A DNA stretch of 64,000 nucleotides from Vitrella brassicaformis CCMP3155 (Eukaryota > Protista > Chromerida). The position numbers and the translations under genes were made by a program. The notes beneath the pieces were generated by a model. The model was not told the origin of the DNA. It ran no database searches and worked only from the letters and a program-made list of their open reading frames with translations. The stretch spans positions 124,001 through 188,000 of the forward strand of contig CDMY01000738.1 of the NCBI GenBank assembly GCA_001179505.1, in the 5' to 3' direction. Positions 46,241 to 58,182 of the stretch are shown piece by piece; within the stretch, counting starts at the first letter, position 1; every line of letters starts with the position of its first letter.

Positions 46241-47207
46241 CTGACTCATTCATTTCTCTGGAGAGGCTGTCGGTGTCCTGGTTGGGTTTCCGTGCGGTTT
46301 GGGCTGTAATGGGGTGGGTGGGCCAGTGCACGTGGTCGATCGAATGTCCGATTACCCTGCGGACATTCGATGACTGCGACGGACGATCGACGAGATTTTT
46401 CTTTGCGTGTCCGTCCACACGAGTCGATTGGGGCTGGATCACATCATGGACGGCCCATTGCTGTGATGGTTGAGGGGCATTCGTGTGTGTGTGGACGGCT
46501 CTGTCTGTGCTGGTGGCTGATGGATGGATGGATGGATGACGTTGATGACCCTCATTGATTGATTCACTTATCAATCGACAGCAAACGAATGTCACAGAGC
46601 TGTCTGTCGGCCCCACGTACGTACGGGCACCACCGCACTCACTCACAGCAGCACGACAGCCAATGGATCGGATGAAATGGAAAAAGGAGCTCACACATTT
46701 GTGTAGCCAGGCAGGCAGGCAGACAGATAAGATAGACACAAATACAAAGGCACCCATGTCAGTCAACAACTCAAACTCGTGCTTGCGAGCGTGAAGTGAC
46801 ATGTGTGTGCATGCACAAAGCTACTGACCTGAGAGTATGGTGCCGGTAGCTGGCTACTCAATGCTGGCCGCCCAGCTGCATGATCGATTCTTCCTCGTGC
46901 ATTAAAGCGGCATGACAGGCAGACAGTCAGACAGTCAGACAGTCAGACGGGCAGGCACTCACTGGCTGCAGACAGGTAAGGTAGGCCAGGGAGGAACAGC
47001 AGCAGCAGTGTTGCCATCAATGCCCCTCCTCCAGGTGACCGTGATAGTGATAATACAGCACCCGAGTGAATAGAGCACACAAGCCGAAATCGAATCCATC
47101 ACGGCACGGACCACACACATGAGGCTCTCACTCATAAGTTTGTCCATATGCAGCACAGCCGCCACTGCCGGTGGGTCAGCCGCCGCATGTCACCCACCAC
47201 ACATACA

Positions 47208-49588
47208 TCACGACTTCATCTCGTGGTCGGCCTCGCCCTCTTGCTCCTGCTGCTGCTGGTGGCCCTCCATCTCTTCTCGTGGCCGCTTCGTTCCGCGACG
47301 TAGCTGAGTGATACAGAAGAAGCAAGCCACTGTGTTTGGTTCACTCGGGCAAGCAATCGGGTTTTGTGGGGGTACCTGATCATTCTCCTGCCGCAGGCGC
47401 TCGACCTTGGCCTCCAAACGCTGCCGAGCGTCCTTCTCCTGCATAGCCAAAACAAGTACACACAAACAGACCGTGGGAGGGCACAGAGAAAGGAACAGGT
47501 GTGGCTGGTACTTGACGCACCTGATCTCTCTCCTGACGCAGCTGTTCCTTTTCGGCCCCGAAACGCTGCCGCTCGGCTTCATGAGCCTTCTGCCGATCAG
47601 TCGCCTCCTGTGTGCCAGAGACACATCCAAGCACACAGAGCAATAGTGGGTGAGAGGGCACAGAGGGAATATCAGACCGCCGAATGGGATCGGCTAACCT
47701 TGACAAGAGCATCGTACAGCTGATGGAAACGTTTGTCTCCTCGTCCGTCGAAGGCCTCCTCGACGGCCTCCGTGACTGCGGTGTCGAAGGCCGTGCGCAC
47801 TGCTGCTGGGAGCGTGGGCAGGACGGGGAGGACAGCAGCCACATCAGCAGGATTCTTCTCAATGAAGCCGGCCGTCAGCTTCGAAACGATGATGTCACAG
47901 CTCTTCTCCGGCAGATCACCGACCGCCGCCGCCCAGCACAGCATGAGTCGGAGGGGGTGATCGCGCACCTTGATCAGGTACTTCAGTATGCGAAGAGCGA
48001 CCTCACGACGAATCGACCTGAAAAGGCGGACACCAATCGAGCCATGCACCACCAGTGTATCTGCAGCTGTGCATTAATGCGTTTGTGTTCCCTCTTTGCT
48101 CACCTGGCCATGTGTGTGACGTCATCCCACCGCCCCTCCTTGACACACAGCCGGAGGTAGTGAAGGGCAAGAGCGCGCATCGGGAAGTGTCGCACCGTCA
48201 CTGCCATGATGACGTCCTTGAGCCGCGCCTCTCCCGCCCCTTGCTGGGCAAGCGACTCGCGCGAGATGTTGCGTCGGTTGATGAACGTCGTGCCCCTGCC
48301 TCCCCCCAGCACCTGCACAATGAAGCGACGCACAGACGGGCCGCCGTCCCTCATGCGGATCTCCCTACTGGCCGCCTCGTGTAGCTCGATGACCTTCCGG
48401 CCGGCACCGCTGTGTGCTGCTCGCGCCGCTGCCGCCGTGCCATCGCCATCAGCACCACCGCCGGCGATCTCCAGAGAGCCGTCAGCAGCGAAGCACCTCA
48501 CGAACGACTCCCCCTCCGCGCCGTCATCGACACTGTTGAAGGCGATGTCCCAGCCGCCGACGTCTGCAATTTTCGCATTGCCGTCGCCTATGGCGTTGGG
48601 GGGCGGGTCACGAGATGTGGGAGCGGAATTGGGAAGGGTGTAGGGATGGGGAAGACCCGCGAGCGTCATCGAGAACCCGAGGCACGTCACGGATCCCTGC
48701 TGGTTGTTGGCGAAGGGCTGTGCGGTCACTGAAGAGGGCTCAATGAACACGTCAGCCTCGAAGGCAGCCGCTGCAGCAGACACAACACAGCAGGGCAATC
48801 ATCCAAGTAGGCATTGCAGCCCGCTGCCTCCCCTCGTACCATATGCGGCAGCTAATGATTCAGAACCGGTGGCCATCGTGATGAACTGGGCGACCTCCTG
48901 GTGGCCAACATCGATGCGACCATGGGATAGCCCATCCACCAGGCTGTCCACCAAGCTGATGGCTGCTTCGATGGCGTCATTCGTCTCGTCCTCGCGTTTC
49001 TCACGCCGACGCCACTGGGCACTGATAACCTCGGGCTTCTTGCGCAGCGCCGGCAGCAGGGCCGTGCGAATGTCCTTGTGCTGGTGGATGAGGCGGGCGA
49101 CGAAGGCGTAGCGGCTGAAGCTGTCCAGCAGACTGGTGGCGAGCTGATTGTCATGCAGCCAGCCTCCCACCACCACCTGTAGCACACAGACCAAGGACAC
49201 ATCAACTCGCAGCTCACGTGACCCTCTTAACTTGTTTAGCGCACCTTGCGATGGATGCCCCAGAGCAGGCTTTGGTTGCTGCCCGGTGTGAAGATCTTGT
49301 CGGTATCGAACTGCAGGTAGTCGAGTGCAATCATCACATCCAGCAGGTTGTCATTGCTCAGCGAATCGATGATGTCCAGCTCATGCTGCAGCACCACCAC
49401 ACCGACGGCTCGGCTGATCCGCTCGATGCGCACTTCACGCTGCTGGCCCTCCTGGAATTCGCCATCAAGGACCTGCACGGACGCACACAGAGATGAGGAA
49501 TGGCCACGGGCATTTCTGATCTGCTGCGTCCGGTGCTGTGTCTGACCTGCTGGAAGTACTTGATGGACTGCTCGACGAGAGCACTCAT
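47208..49588 (-). CDS. BTB/POZ-family protein, copy 2, with 24-aa deletion in exon 1
   Basis: MSALVEQSIKYFQQ/VLDGEFQEGQQREVRIERISRAV... co-linear with copy 1 through ...EADHEMKS*. Confidence 0.75.
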
Positions 49589-50164
49589 CGCAGCAGGACT
49601 CGCCGACAGATAGCTACCAGCTCGGGCGGCAAACGCGGTTTGTTTGACGGGCCTTCGCGCCTCGAGGAGATCAGACGTTCTTAGTCGGCGCTATCAAATG
49701 CGGTGAAGAATGCGCGCACAGCCACACAAAACAGTGCGGACTGTCATTCCCGCTCACTCGTGTCCATCTTTGTGTGTGTGCTGTCCTACCTCAGGTACTC
49801 GTTGTTCGGTGAGGAGCCTCAGGCTGGCCGTCTGTTTGTCTGTCTGAAGCACACCTCTGGTGGCGTCTGCCCGGCCACTTCTCGTCCTTGCTCAAGAGCA
49901 GCTTGAAGGGCAGGTGCACAAACGCATGCACATGCATGGCCAGATGCTTGGCCATAGCAGACAGACAGACAGACAGGCACAAGATGGATCGGATGCATGA
50001 TGCGGCACATGCGCCGCCACTCTCACTCTGTATATGTACCCACGGCACATGACATGTGTTGTATCCCTCTCTCTGTGTGCATGCTGGCTGTCGTTCGTTA
50101 TGTAGGTGTGGCTGTCTGTCGTTGAGGGGAGCAACTCACTCTCCCTGCCTGCCCGTCGCGCACG

Positions 50165-51898
50165 ATGTCTGACCTGCCCAGCAGCAGCAGCTGCAGGCTC
50201 AGCTTCTGCGTCCACAGATCAGCGCCGAACCCCTACCACGACTACAGCGGCTACAACTACGACCCCAACAGCAAGCCGTACAACGACTATCAGTACTACG
50301 TGGTGCTGCCTGTGGGCGCGAGTGTGGCGACGTTTGAGCTGACCGAGGGCGTCGTCAGCCGCACCATCACGCCCACGCGGGCACGGCAGCTCATCGCCAA
50401 TAACGGAGCCGACCCATGCGTACGGGTCACCGTGGTGTGGGGCTACAAGCGTACGTCGTCATTCATGGGCTACGGAAGACACCCGCCGCAGGTGGCCGAG
50501 TATCCTCTCATGGATCTGGCCATCGACCACGACCTCGACAGCCTGGTCAATGGAGAGGACGTCATGTACGGCGTGCGCTGGCCGGACCATCCAGACGGCG
50601 TGAGTGTGGTCATGGCCATGCTTGAGGGCGGAGCGGACGTCGGCATGGCCCTCGGCATCGCTGTCGAGCGCATCAATGAAGCCGTCGTGGACGCGGCCCT
50701 GCAGCACCGCCCCGACCCGAATGCGTCGACGGCCGTCGGCATCCAAGGCTGCGTCGGCCGCATGCTCGAGAAGGGACGGCGCAGCGATGCCCGTGCTGCC
50801 ACGTGCACACGCATCTTCCTCAAGCTCGTGAAGCGCAACCCGACATTGGTGAGCGACGACACGCGAGTGGGCGGCATCTGTGGCCGCCTCGCCGGCAGTC
50901 CGGGACAAGAGCCGGCAGCAAGTGTGGACGAAGCCTTCTGTGACACACTCTTCGACACCCCCCGCCCGCTGCAGGCCACCTCCTTCGCCTCCCTCGTCCA
51001 CGCAGCCATTGAGAGCGGGTCTGTCGCTGCCTTCAAGTGGCTGTGCCGCAAGAACCGAGCTGCGACAATGACCTACATCAATTCGCCAAGGGGGGGAGTA
51101 GCCGGAGGAACGCCTCTCCACTGCATTGCGTTTGGTCGTGGGCGGCTGCCGGCATCCCAGGCGATCAAGAATATGCAGTTCATCCGCCAGATGCTCGTGC
51201 TCGGGGCGTCCTTCGAGTCGGCTGTGGGCCAAGGACTGCAGCGTATGGACCTCGTGCGCGACGTCTGAGGTTTGCATCTGAGGACGCTGTCAGACATGCG
51301 TCAGGTGCAGACGGTCATCAACGGCTCACTCGAATTCATGGCGCATCTGGCAGCGGAGCTCACTGACATCCTCGACACAGCGACGGCCCGGCAGCAGCAC
51401 CAGCAGCAGCACCAGACGGCCGTCATCGCCCCCCCTCAGCAGATGGGTCCGTTCGCCAGGCGCGTTGCCGCCTTCTGTGTGCCCATCCCCGACCAGGAAA
51501 TTGAGGACCAGACACGCCTCGGTCAGCGTGTCAATGCGGCCATCCGTCGGTTCACCGCCGCGGCTGCGCATGCCTTTGCCGCGAGCGATGGCGAGGCGCC
51601 GGCGAGCGTGTCGTCGCTCATGTGCTTCGTGCTGGGGCAGCCGGGCGGCCCGCAGGTGGGCGTGCGGGAGGTGGTCGTCAAGTCGATAGCGGACGAGGCG
51701 GCCCGACATGGCCTGACGATAGCAGGGCTGCCGACTCTTGTGCCGACGTTCGACCTGCGCGACGTGGGGTATGTGCGAAGGGTGGGCGGCAGCGAGGCGT
51801 TTGAGCCGATGCATCTCGAGTCGCTGACAGACAGGCAGCCGGGCGAGTCGCCGGGTCTGGCCAATGTGCCGCCCTTGTGGGTACTTAACTGGCTTTGA
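50165..51898 (+). pseudogene. Intronless ankyrin-like repeat protein split by a single in-frame TGA (51266-51268)
   Basis: LIANNGADP, MLEGGADV, SLVHAAIESGS, GGTPLHCIA, MLVLGASF. ORF 50165-51268 continues in frame as GLHLRTLSDMRQ... to 51898 with the same coding-like composition. Confidence 0.65.
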
Positions 51899-53379
51899 CC
51901 TTTGTAAGTGTATATCTGCCGTCCTTCCTTTTTGGTACGTACGGTTTTCTTCCTTCCTTATCAAGCAAGCGCCCGGCGTGTGTTTGTGCTCCATTGTCTG
52001 CCTGTCTGCTGCGGTAGACTCACTGACCGACTCCATGGATGGATGGAAGAAAGTATGCAGTACACTGACTGACCAGTATATGTGGAGTGTGTGGTGGGTG
52101 GTGCGATCGGTCGATCATGAAGTGGTTGTGTGCTCTAGTGTCACGGTGACGGAGGGGGGTTTTGATGGCCTGCTGCCTGCCTTCCCCTCACCGTCCTGCA
52201 TGCCTACCTGCCCGTCTGTCTGTCTATCTGTCGCCCGCCAGTCATGTCGTTTTAATGCACAGCTGGGCGGAAGCAGAGACAGGGCAGCCAGCCTCACTCG
52301 CGGCGCATTGATTGCATGGCCTTATCGCTGTCGTGCTGCCTGTCTGTCTGTCTGTCTGTCTGTCTGTCTGCCGCCCCTTCCTGTTATCTGTCGATAGCTT
52401 AGTAGCCACAGCCATGGCTGCCTCTCTCTCTCTCTCTCTGTTTTGATGGGACGACACACATGCCTCGCTTCTCCTTTCCATCCATCCATCCATCCATCCA
52501 TCCATGTCTGTGTGTGTTTCACACTCGTCGTCCATTCACACACACACACAGACACACACCATCATACCAGACAGACAGACAGCTCCGATGCAGTCAGTCA
52601 TTTTTGCCAGCCCCTTTGTACACGGCGTTGATGCCGTGCCGAGGGGGCGGGTGGGTGTTTGGGTTCCCTTCCTGTGTGTGTCGTCCTGCATTCACATCGG
52701 TTTGCGTCCCCCTCCTGCATGGCGCTCGGTCACGACTCGAGGCTCTCTTGCTGAACGTTTCCATGTACATACGTACACAACGCACATTGATGCAGTTGGA
52801 TCCGTCCATTGTGCATGATGGATGGTATGTGGTGGGTGGGGTGCGATGCGTGTCAGTCATGTGCCCGTGGTCCGTCTCTGCTGCCTTGCCTGGTACCTGT
52901 GGACGTCCGTACGTACGTATTTGTCTCTCTGTCTGTCTGTCTTTCTGTCTGTCTCTAGACAGAGCTATGTACATACATATACTGAGTGTGCACATCAAGT
53001 GCACATTGGGCCCTCCCTAAGCTTGCTTCTCTCTGTCCGAATGTGTTGCCCGGTGGCTGACTTGGTGATGCCTGGGCGGTCGCAGATAGACAGTGCGGCC
53101 GTGGAGGTGTGTGAGGACGTGTGAGTGAACAAAAAGCGCTGCAGCTCGAGCCGCCGGTTTAACGCATTTTCTGTTTCGCCTGGGCCACTGCAGCAGCAGC
53201 AGTGCGTCAGAAACATGCATTCAATCATCTCGCTCCCTCGCCATTTGCGAGCTAATTTGCGAAAGGGGTGAGTCACTCTTCTCGGGGTTGGTGAGTCACT
53301 CGGCAAACTCTTGACGACTTCCTGGTCTGCATAAGCTGCTCTACAGGCCTCTTCTTGCGCTTATCGTTCACACGTCGAG

Positions 53380-55007
53380 ATGTCGGCGCCTCCAGCAGCA
53401 GCAGCAGCGGCTTCATCATTCTCCCCATCTCTCGACTCCAACATGAGCCCTTCATCGATAGGCCGCATCATGACTGTCAAGGACGTCGTGGGCGAGGCCA
53501 TGCAGTACCTCCAGTACGCCGACGTGCGCTCACTGATCATCTCCCTGGGGCGAATGACGCCTCAAGAGGTAGGCAGGGGAGAAGCAATCACGGAAAGCAC
53601 AACGGTTTGCTTGCGTCCAGGTCGATGTGTTTTATGAGCCCCTCTGCCGCGCCCGCAATGTGCTGCCCGCCTCCCCGACTCCTCCCACGTCGTCCCGTCC
53701 ACCGTTCAGGCCGCTCTTTTTCCGCCGAATCTACGGCAGATACTGCGATGAGTGCAGCCAGCCGCTCATCGCGGCACCAGCAGCAGGGGCAGGGCACTCG
53801 AGCGCATCGTCGCCAGGGCCTTCGTCGCGCGGCAACGTGTTCTTCTGCCGCACGGTGGTGTTTTGTTTCCGCTGCAAGGCCAAGTTCCACCGGCGGCGGG
53901 CGCTGGGCGCCGCGCTGAGGGACATGGCGAAGTCCAAGGCGTCGCTGGTGAGGCTGGGGGTGCCATGGGAGGAGGTGCCGTTCGCGCATGGGGGACTGGT
54001 GAGGGATGGAGAGCAGGGAGGCGGCTTGTGCTGCCGTCATGTGACATGATGTGAAGCATCTCTTGTCGGCAGGTGGTTGAGAAAGCGGCGTGGTCGCGCA
54101 TCCGCGAGACCTACCGGCGTCGCGTGTGTGCGGTGATGCGTGAGATGAGCAGGACGTTCGAGTCTTCACTTGTTCGGCAGTTCGGCCTCCCGCTGTTCCA
54201 GCGGGTCATCGCCCCTGTGTTCCCGCCTGAGAGATGTGCTCACAGGGGGCAGGGCAGGGCCAGACAGCCGTCACTCATCGTCAGGTGAGACTCATACACA
54301 CACACACATGGAAGAGAGAATGGATGGATGGATGCATGGATACATACATCCCTCTGTGTTTGTGTGTGTTGTCAGGACTGTGATGTCGTGTTTGAAGGCG
54401 CCGTACGCTCAGTACAACGCCGCTGGGGACGACGTGACCCGCTTTGTGGAGGCCATGGACGAAATCAAGGCCATACTGAAAAAGGTGAGGCCTAGCCAAA
54501 CTCACTCGACCAAACCAACCCACTCCATCTTCCTGTCTCATGGCTTTATCCATGATGGTCAGTATGTGGAAATCGCCACCCACGAGCATTTTGACCTCAT
54601 GAACCAGCTCGTCTCTCAGCGGATACAGAGATACCAAGTACGAACTCAGACCGCCCAGACAGACAGAGCGTCCACACCCTCTTATGCGCCTCATCTCATT
54701 CTGACCTGCCCCTGTGTATTCCGTCAGATTGACGAGAGCCCCCTGGTGCCGCTGTACCTGAATCTGGCGCACGGCATCCTCTTCCCACCCATCCCGGCCC
54801 CACTACCACCCACCCGCCGACACACACACGGCTGGACCGACACACAGGACGGCAACAGCGGCAGCAAACGGGGCAAGAGGGCGGGCGACAAAGCGACGGA
54901 GACCACCGTCAAGTCTGACGTCAAGAAGATGCTCGCACCGGTAAGTGAGCCAGGGAGGGAGGGAGGAGGGAGTGGATCACTTGGTGGGTGCATGGATCAG
55001 CCCCCCC

Positions 55008-55040
<33 letters not shown>

Positions 55041-55188
55041 GACCTAGTACATGCCGGGCACGAGCAAGGCGTCGTTGCAGCGTGAGGGCTACATCAGCAG
55101 CGGCAGCAGCCCGTCACTGGCCGTCCCTTCCCCCCTGCGGCCGTCGCCCGCTTCCTCGCCACCACCCTCACCCAGATCTATGCCGTGA
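53380..55188 (+). CDS. Hypothetical protein with F-box-like N-terminus and CxxC...CxxC putative zinc-binding motif (about 7 exons)
   Basis: IMTVKDVVGEAMQYLQYADVRSL; RYCDEC...VFCFRC; KAPYAQYNAAGDDVTRFVEAMDEIKAILKK; Ser/Pro tail. Confidence 0.6.
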
Positions 55189-55568
55189 TGGATGGATGGA
55201 TGCATGGCCGCTTGTACTATAGGCAGACAGAGAGGGAGGGAGGGAGGCAGGGAGGGAGAGAGGGACAGGGGAGTTTTCTCTCTGGCTTGTTTGGCTGGCT
55301 GGCCCATGATGGAATGCCCACGGCTCACATGGCATTGGGCAGGTGAAGCCATCGGCTGTCCCAGCCCCTTTGTGGAAGGTTAGGTGTGCACACAGACTGG
55401 CTGTACATCTGCGCTTGCAATTGAGAAGGAGGCAGAGAATATGCATTTGTGGTGCTGCCTGTTGCTGCCGGTGGTGGAGGGGGGGAACAAGTGCGTTGGG
55501 CGGCTGACATGACACTTGCGTGTATACATGGGAAGACGCAAGCAAAGGGTCTGGTCTGAATGGTCTAT

Positions 55569-56830
55569 CTATCCCTCAGTGAGGTCATCGTTGAAGTAAA
55601 GATGTATCACTGGCACATGGTCGTCGGGGTCAAGACCAATGCTCTGCAACTCCTGAAGATACACACAAACACACACACACCCATCGAATCGACACACAAA
55701 TATAGAGGAAGTGCGGAGAAGTGCCTGACCTCGCTGTCATCGGGCATCCCGTTCTCATCCAGCGTCTTGCTCATATCTGCATCCACACCCACGCACATGT
55801 GTCTCCCTCCCTCCCTCCCTCCCTCCCTCACGCCCCCACTCACTGACCCACCGAGAGGCACAGCGAGTCTCTTCCAGGTGTATGACGCAGCCTGGAAGTT
55901 GTAAGGCAGATACCGCTCCTGGATCTCCTCCAGAGTCTCCTCACTGCACACCTGCACCCACACCGGTGCCGTCTGTCAGCACGCATCTATGGCTTACCAC
56001 CAGGTCGGTGGTCTGCCGTGTGAGCAGGTTGAGCAGCCGAACTGTCCTGGTCTTACGCGTCAGGTCGCCAATCTGATACCTCTCGTCACGCCACCATCTA
56101 CACACACAATCACATTCGTGTCTCTCTCCATGTGTGTCTCATGGCGTATAGTCTGCTTATTACGGCGTGCCGAAGTCTGTGGCCCAGGCCGAGTCGGGGT
56201 AGATTGGCCCCACGTGGATGAATCGGCCCTGAGGGCAGTACACGCCCTCGAGACACGATTGGGGATCGACGTACCGTCTCGCCTGCAACCAACCACATAG
56301 AATGGGGTGCTGGAAGAAGGAAGACATCCGTGTGTGCAATCCATCGTACAGACCTCCTTTGTTTCTGGGTCGAACCAGTGCGTCACGTCACCCCCCGCAG
56401 CCTCGGTTATGGGACTTGCCAGCGGGCCTGATAGATAGACAGACACACGAACAAACGGACAGTCACCGGAAAAGATGGATACATGTGTGTCGGTCTCTTC
56501 TTTCTGGCCAGCCGTGACGGTCACCTTTGTACTGCGCCAGGAGGTGCGTGAGGTCAAACACCTTGCCGAACAGCGTCACCCAGCAGTCATGCCCGCTGCA
56601 GTGGCGTGCGACATCGTCTGGCGTGTAATACCTGAAAGACAAGCAGCAAACATCGATGCAGTGAGCCAATGTGGGTATCGTCGTTGCCCTGCCTCCATCC
56701 TGTCAGGCTGTTGCGTGGCCGTCTCCCTCTCCCCCTCTCTCTCTTTTTCTCACCTCCTTCTGGCGTATGGCTTCGGCACATCACCAGGGCCGCTCACAGG
56801 CTGCCCGCCACTCGCTCCATTGCCCTCCAT
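55569..56830 (-). CDS. CYB5D1: Cytochrome b5 domain-containing protein 1 (ciliary)
   Basis: [31 protein letters not shown]; [11 protein letters not shown]; GRFIHV; [26 protein letters not shown]; [27 protein letters not shown]; MSKTLDENG; [11 protein letters not shown]. Confidence 0.93.
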
Positions 56831-56963
56831 TGCCTCTACTCCCTCTGTTTTTCTCTTCTGAAAGGTATCGTTTTAACTTTGAGCTCGCAGCTAAGCTTGC
56901 AGACCTCGAGCAATTTCTCGTGCAGATCTCAGAGCGTTTTGGCATCTACTGCAGCTGCTGACG

Positions 56964-58182
56964 ATGTCCCGTCTGTGCGGCAGCTGCACTGAGGACGAGC
57001 ATCAGTCGGAGATCTTGGAGGACACTGCCGGCAGCAGCATCATACAGCTGCCCATCCAGACCGACAATGAAGTAAAAGACCAGGCCAATCAACACTCAAA
57101 TGGTGCGGGCACACATCGTGATGCCGCACACAAGTGGCTGTCGTGAAATACCTTCACACGCACACTCACGTGTGTGTGCACATCTCTCTCTGTGTGTCTG
57201 TGATGGTGTGGCTGTCTGTGGGCAGATGATGGGAATGCGGCGGCCAAGCCTGGTGCAGTGGCGGCCATGTGCAGCTGCTGCGAATACGTCGAGGAGCAGG
57301 GCAAGCTGAAGCTGCAAGGTGCGCACACACACACTTCCACTCACAGCTGCTGTGTTGATCCTATCCTTCACCATCCACGCGTCCGTCAGAGTCGCTCCGA
57401 TTGGTACTGGAGTCTCCCGAGTTCAAGGCCTCGCCCCGCGCCGGGATGCACAAGGTGTTCTTCGAGGACAGCACATCCATGTGGTCGCAGGTCAGTGCGC
57501 GGGGCGGGCAGCTGTGTACGAAAGGCGGACACATTGCTGGCTGTGTGGTGTGTGGTGTGATGATGTGTGGTGGGTGGGTCAGACCGTCACAAGAAGCCTG
57601 GCTAGCCGCAGCCAAGGTCACTTGACGGTCACTCTTCCTCTCTCTCGCTGTATATGCAGATCTTCGCGTGTGCAGGTTTGGCGGGCATTGTGCTGCTTTC
57701 GGGGCTGCAGCAGCAGCAGAAGGAGTCATCTGGCAAGACTAAGGAAGAGGTACACATCTACGTGCAGGTGTAGCTATGGGTGTGCGGAATTGCCTACATG
57801 CGTGTGTCTGTGTGTGTGTGTACAGGCTTCGACTGCTCCCAAGGTGAACGGATGTCTTATCAAGGGAGACACTGACAATGGTACGCACATCATGCCCACG
57901 CCTTGATGGGTCGATTATGAATACCCATCACCCTCGACGGCATGTGCGCGCGTGTGCGTGTCCTGCAGCGCCGAAACAGAAAGGAGATATCGGTAGGCGC
58001 CTTGCACACATAAACAACCACAACCGGCACTCTCCTCTCCATGTAAGGTCTGGTGTCTGCCCGCCTACCTGTGCTGTGCACTGACTGCACTGACTGCAGC
58101 CGTCCCCGTGGCCTCGCCTCCACCGTCGGACCGCCAGGCACCCTCAAGCAGACCTGCCCTCTTCAAAAAGTCCAAAATGTGC
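56964..58182 (+). CDS. Hypothetical multi-exon region; either a separate gene or the N-terminal half of the YHS gene
   Basis: Exons MSRLCGSC..., MCSCCEYVEEQGKLKLQ, ESLRLVLESPEFKASPRAGMHKVFFEDSTSMWSQ, IFACAGLAGIVLLSGL are phase-consistent; they splice in frame into the YHS TM exon via the donor at 58183. Confidence 0.55.

Larger units (their letters stand above)
44571..49588 (-). repeat. Segmental duplication block B' (inverted copy of 13248-18204)
   Basis: Reverse-complement co-linearity of the F-box gene, spacer and BTB gene with block B. Confidence 0.95.

Noticed and set aside
49620-50100. Possible small minus-strand exon set (AKHLAMHVHAFVHLPFKLLL...)
   Set aside because: Could not build a phase-consistent model with start and stop.
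50459-51277. Long antisense ORFs (also 48206-48643, 36367-36921, 14056-14544 and others)
   Set aside because: Expected shadows of GC3-rich sense coding sequence; no motifs or splice logic.
51900-53300. Many 60-190 aa ORFs rich in C/V/H/T/L/S
   Set aside because: Translations of (TG)n, (CA)n, (TCTG)n and (GGAT)n microsatellites in UTR or intergenic DNA; same for 59400-60700 and 22140-22900.
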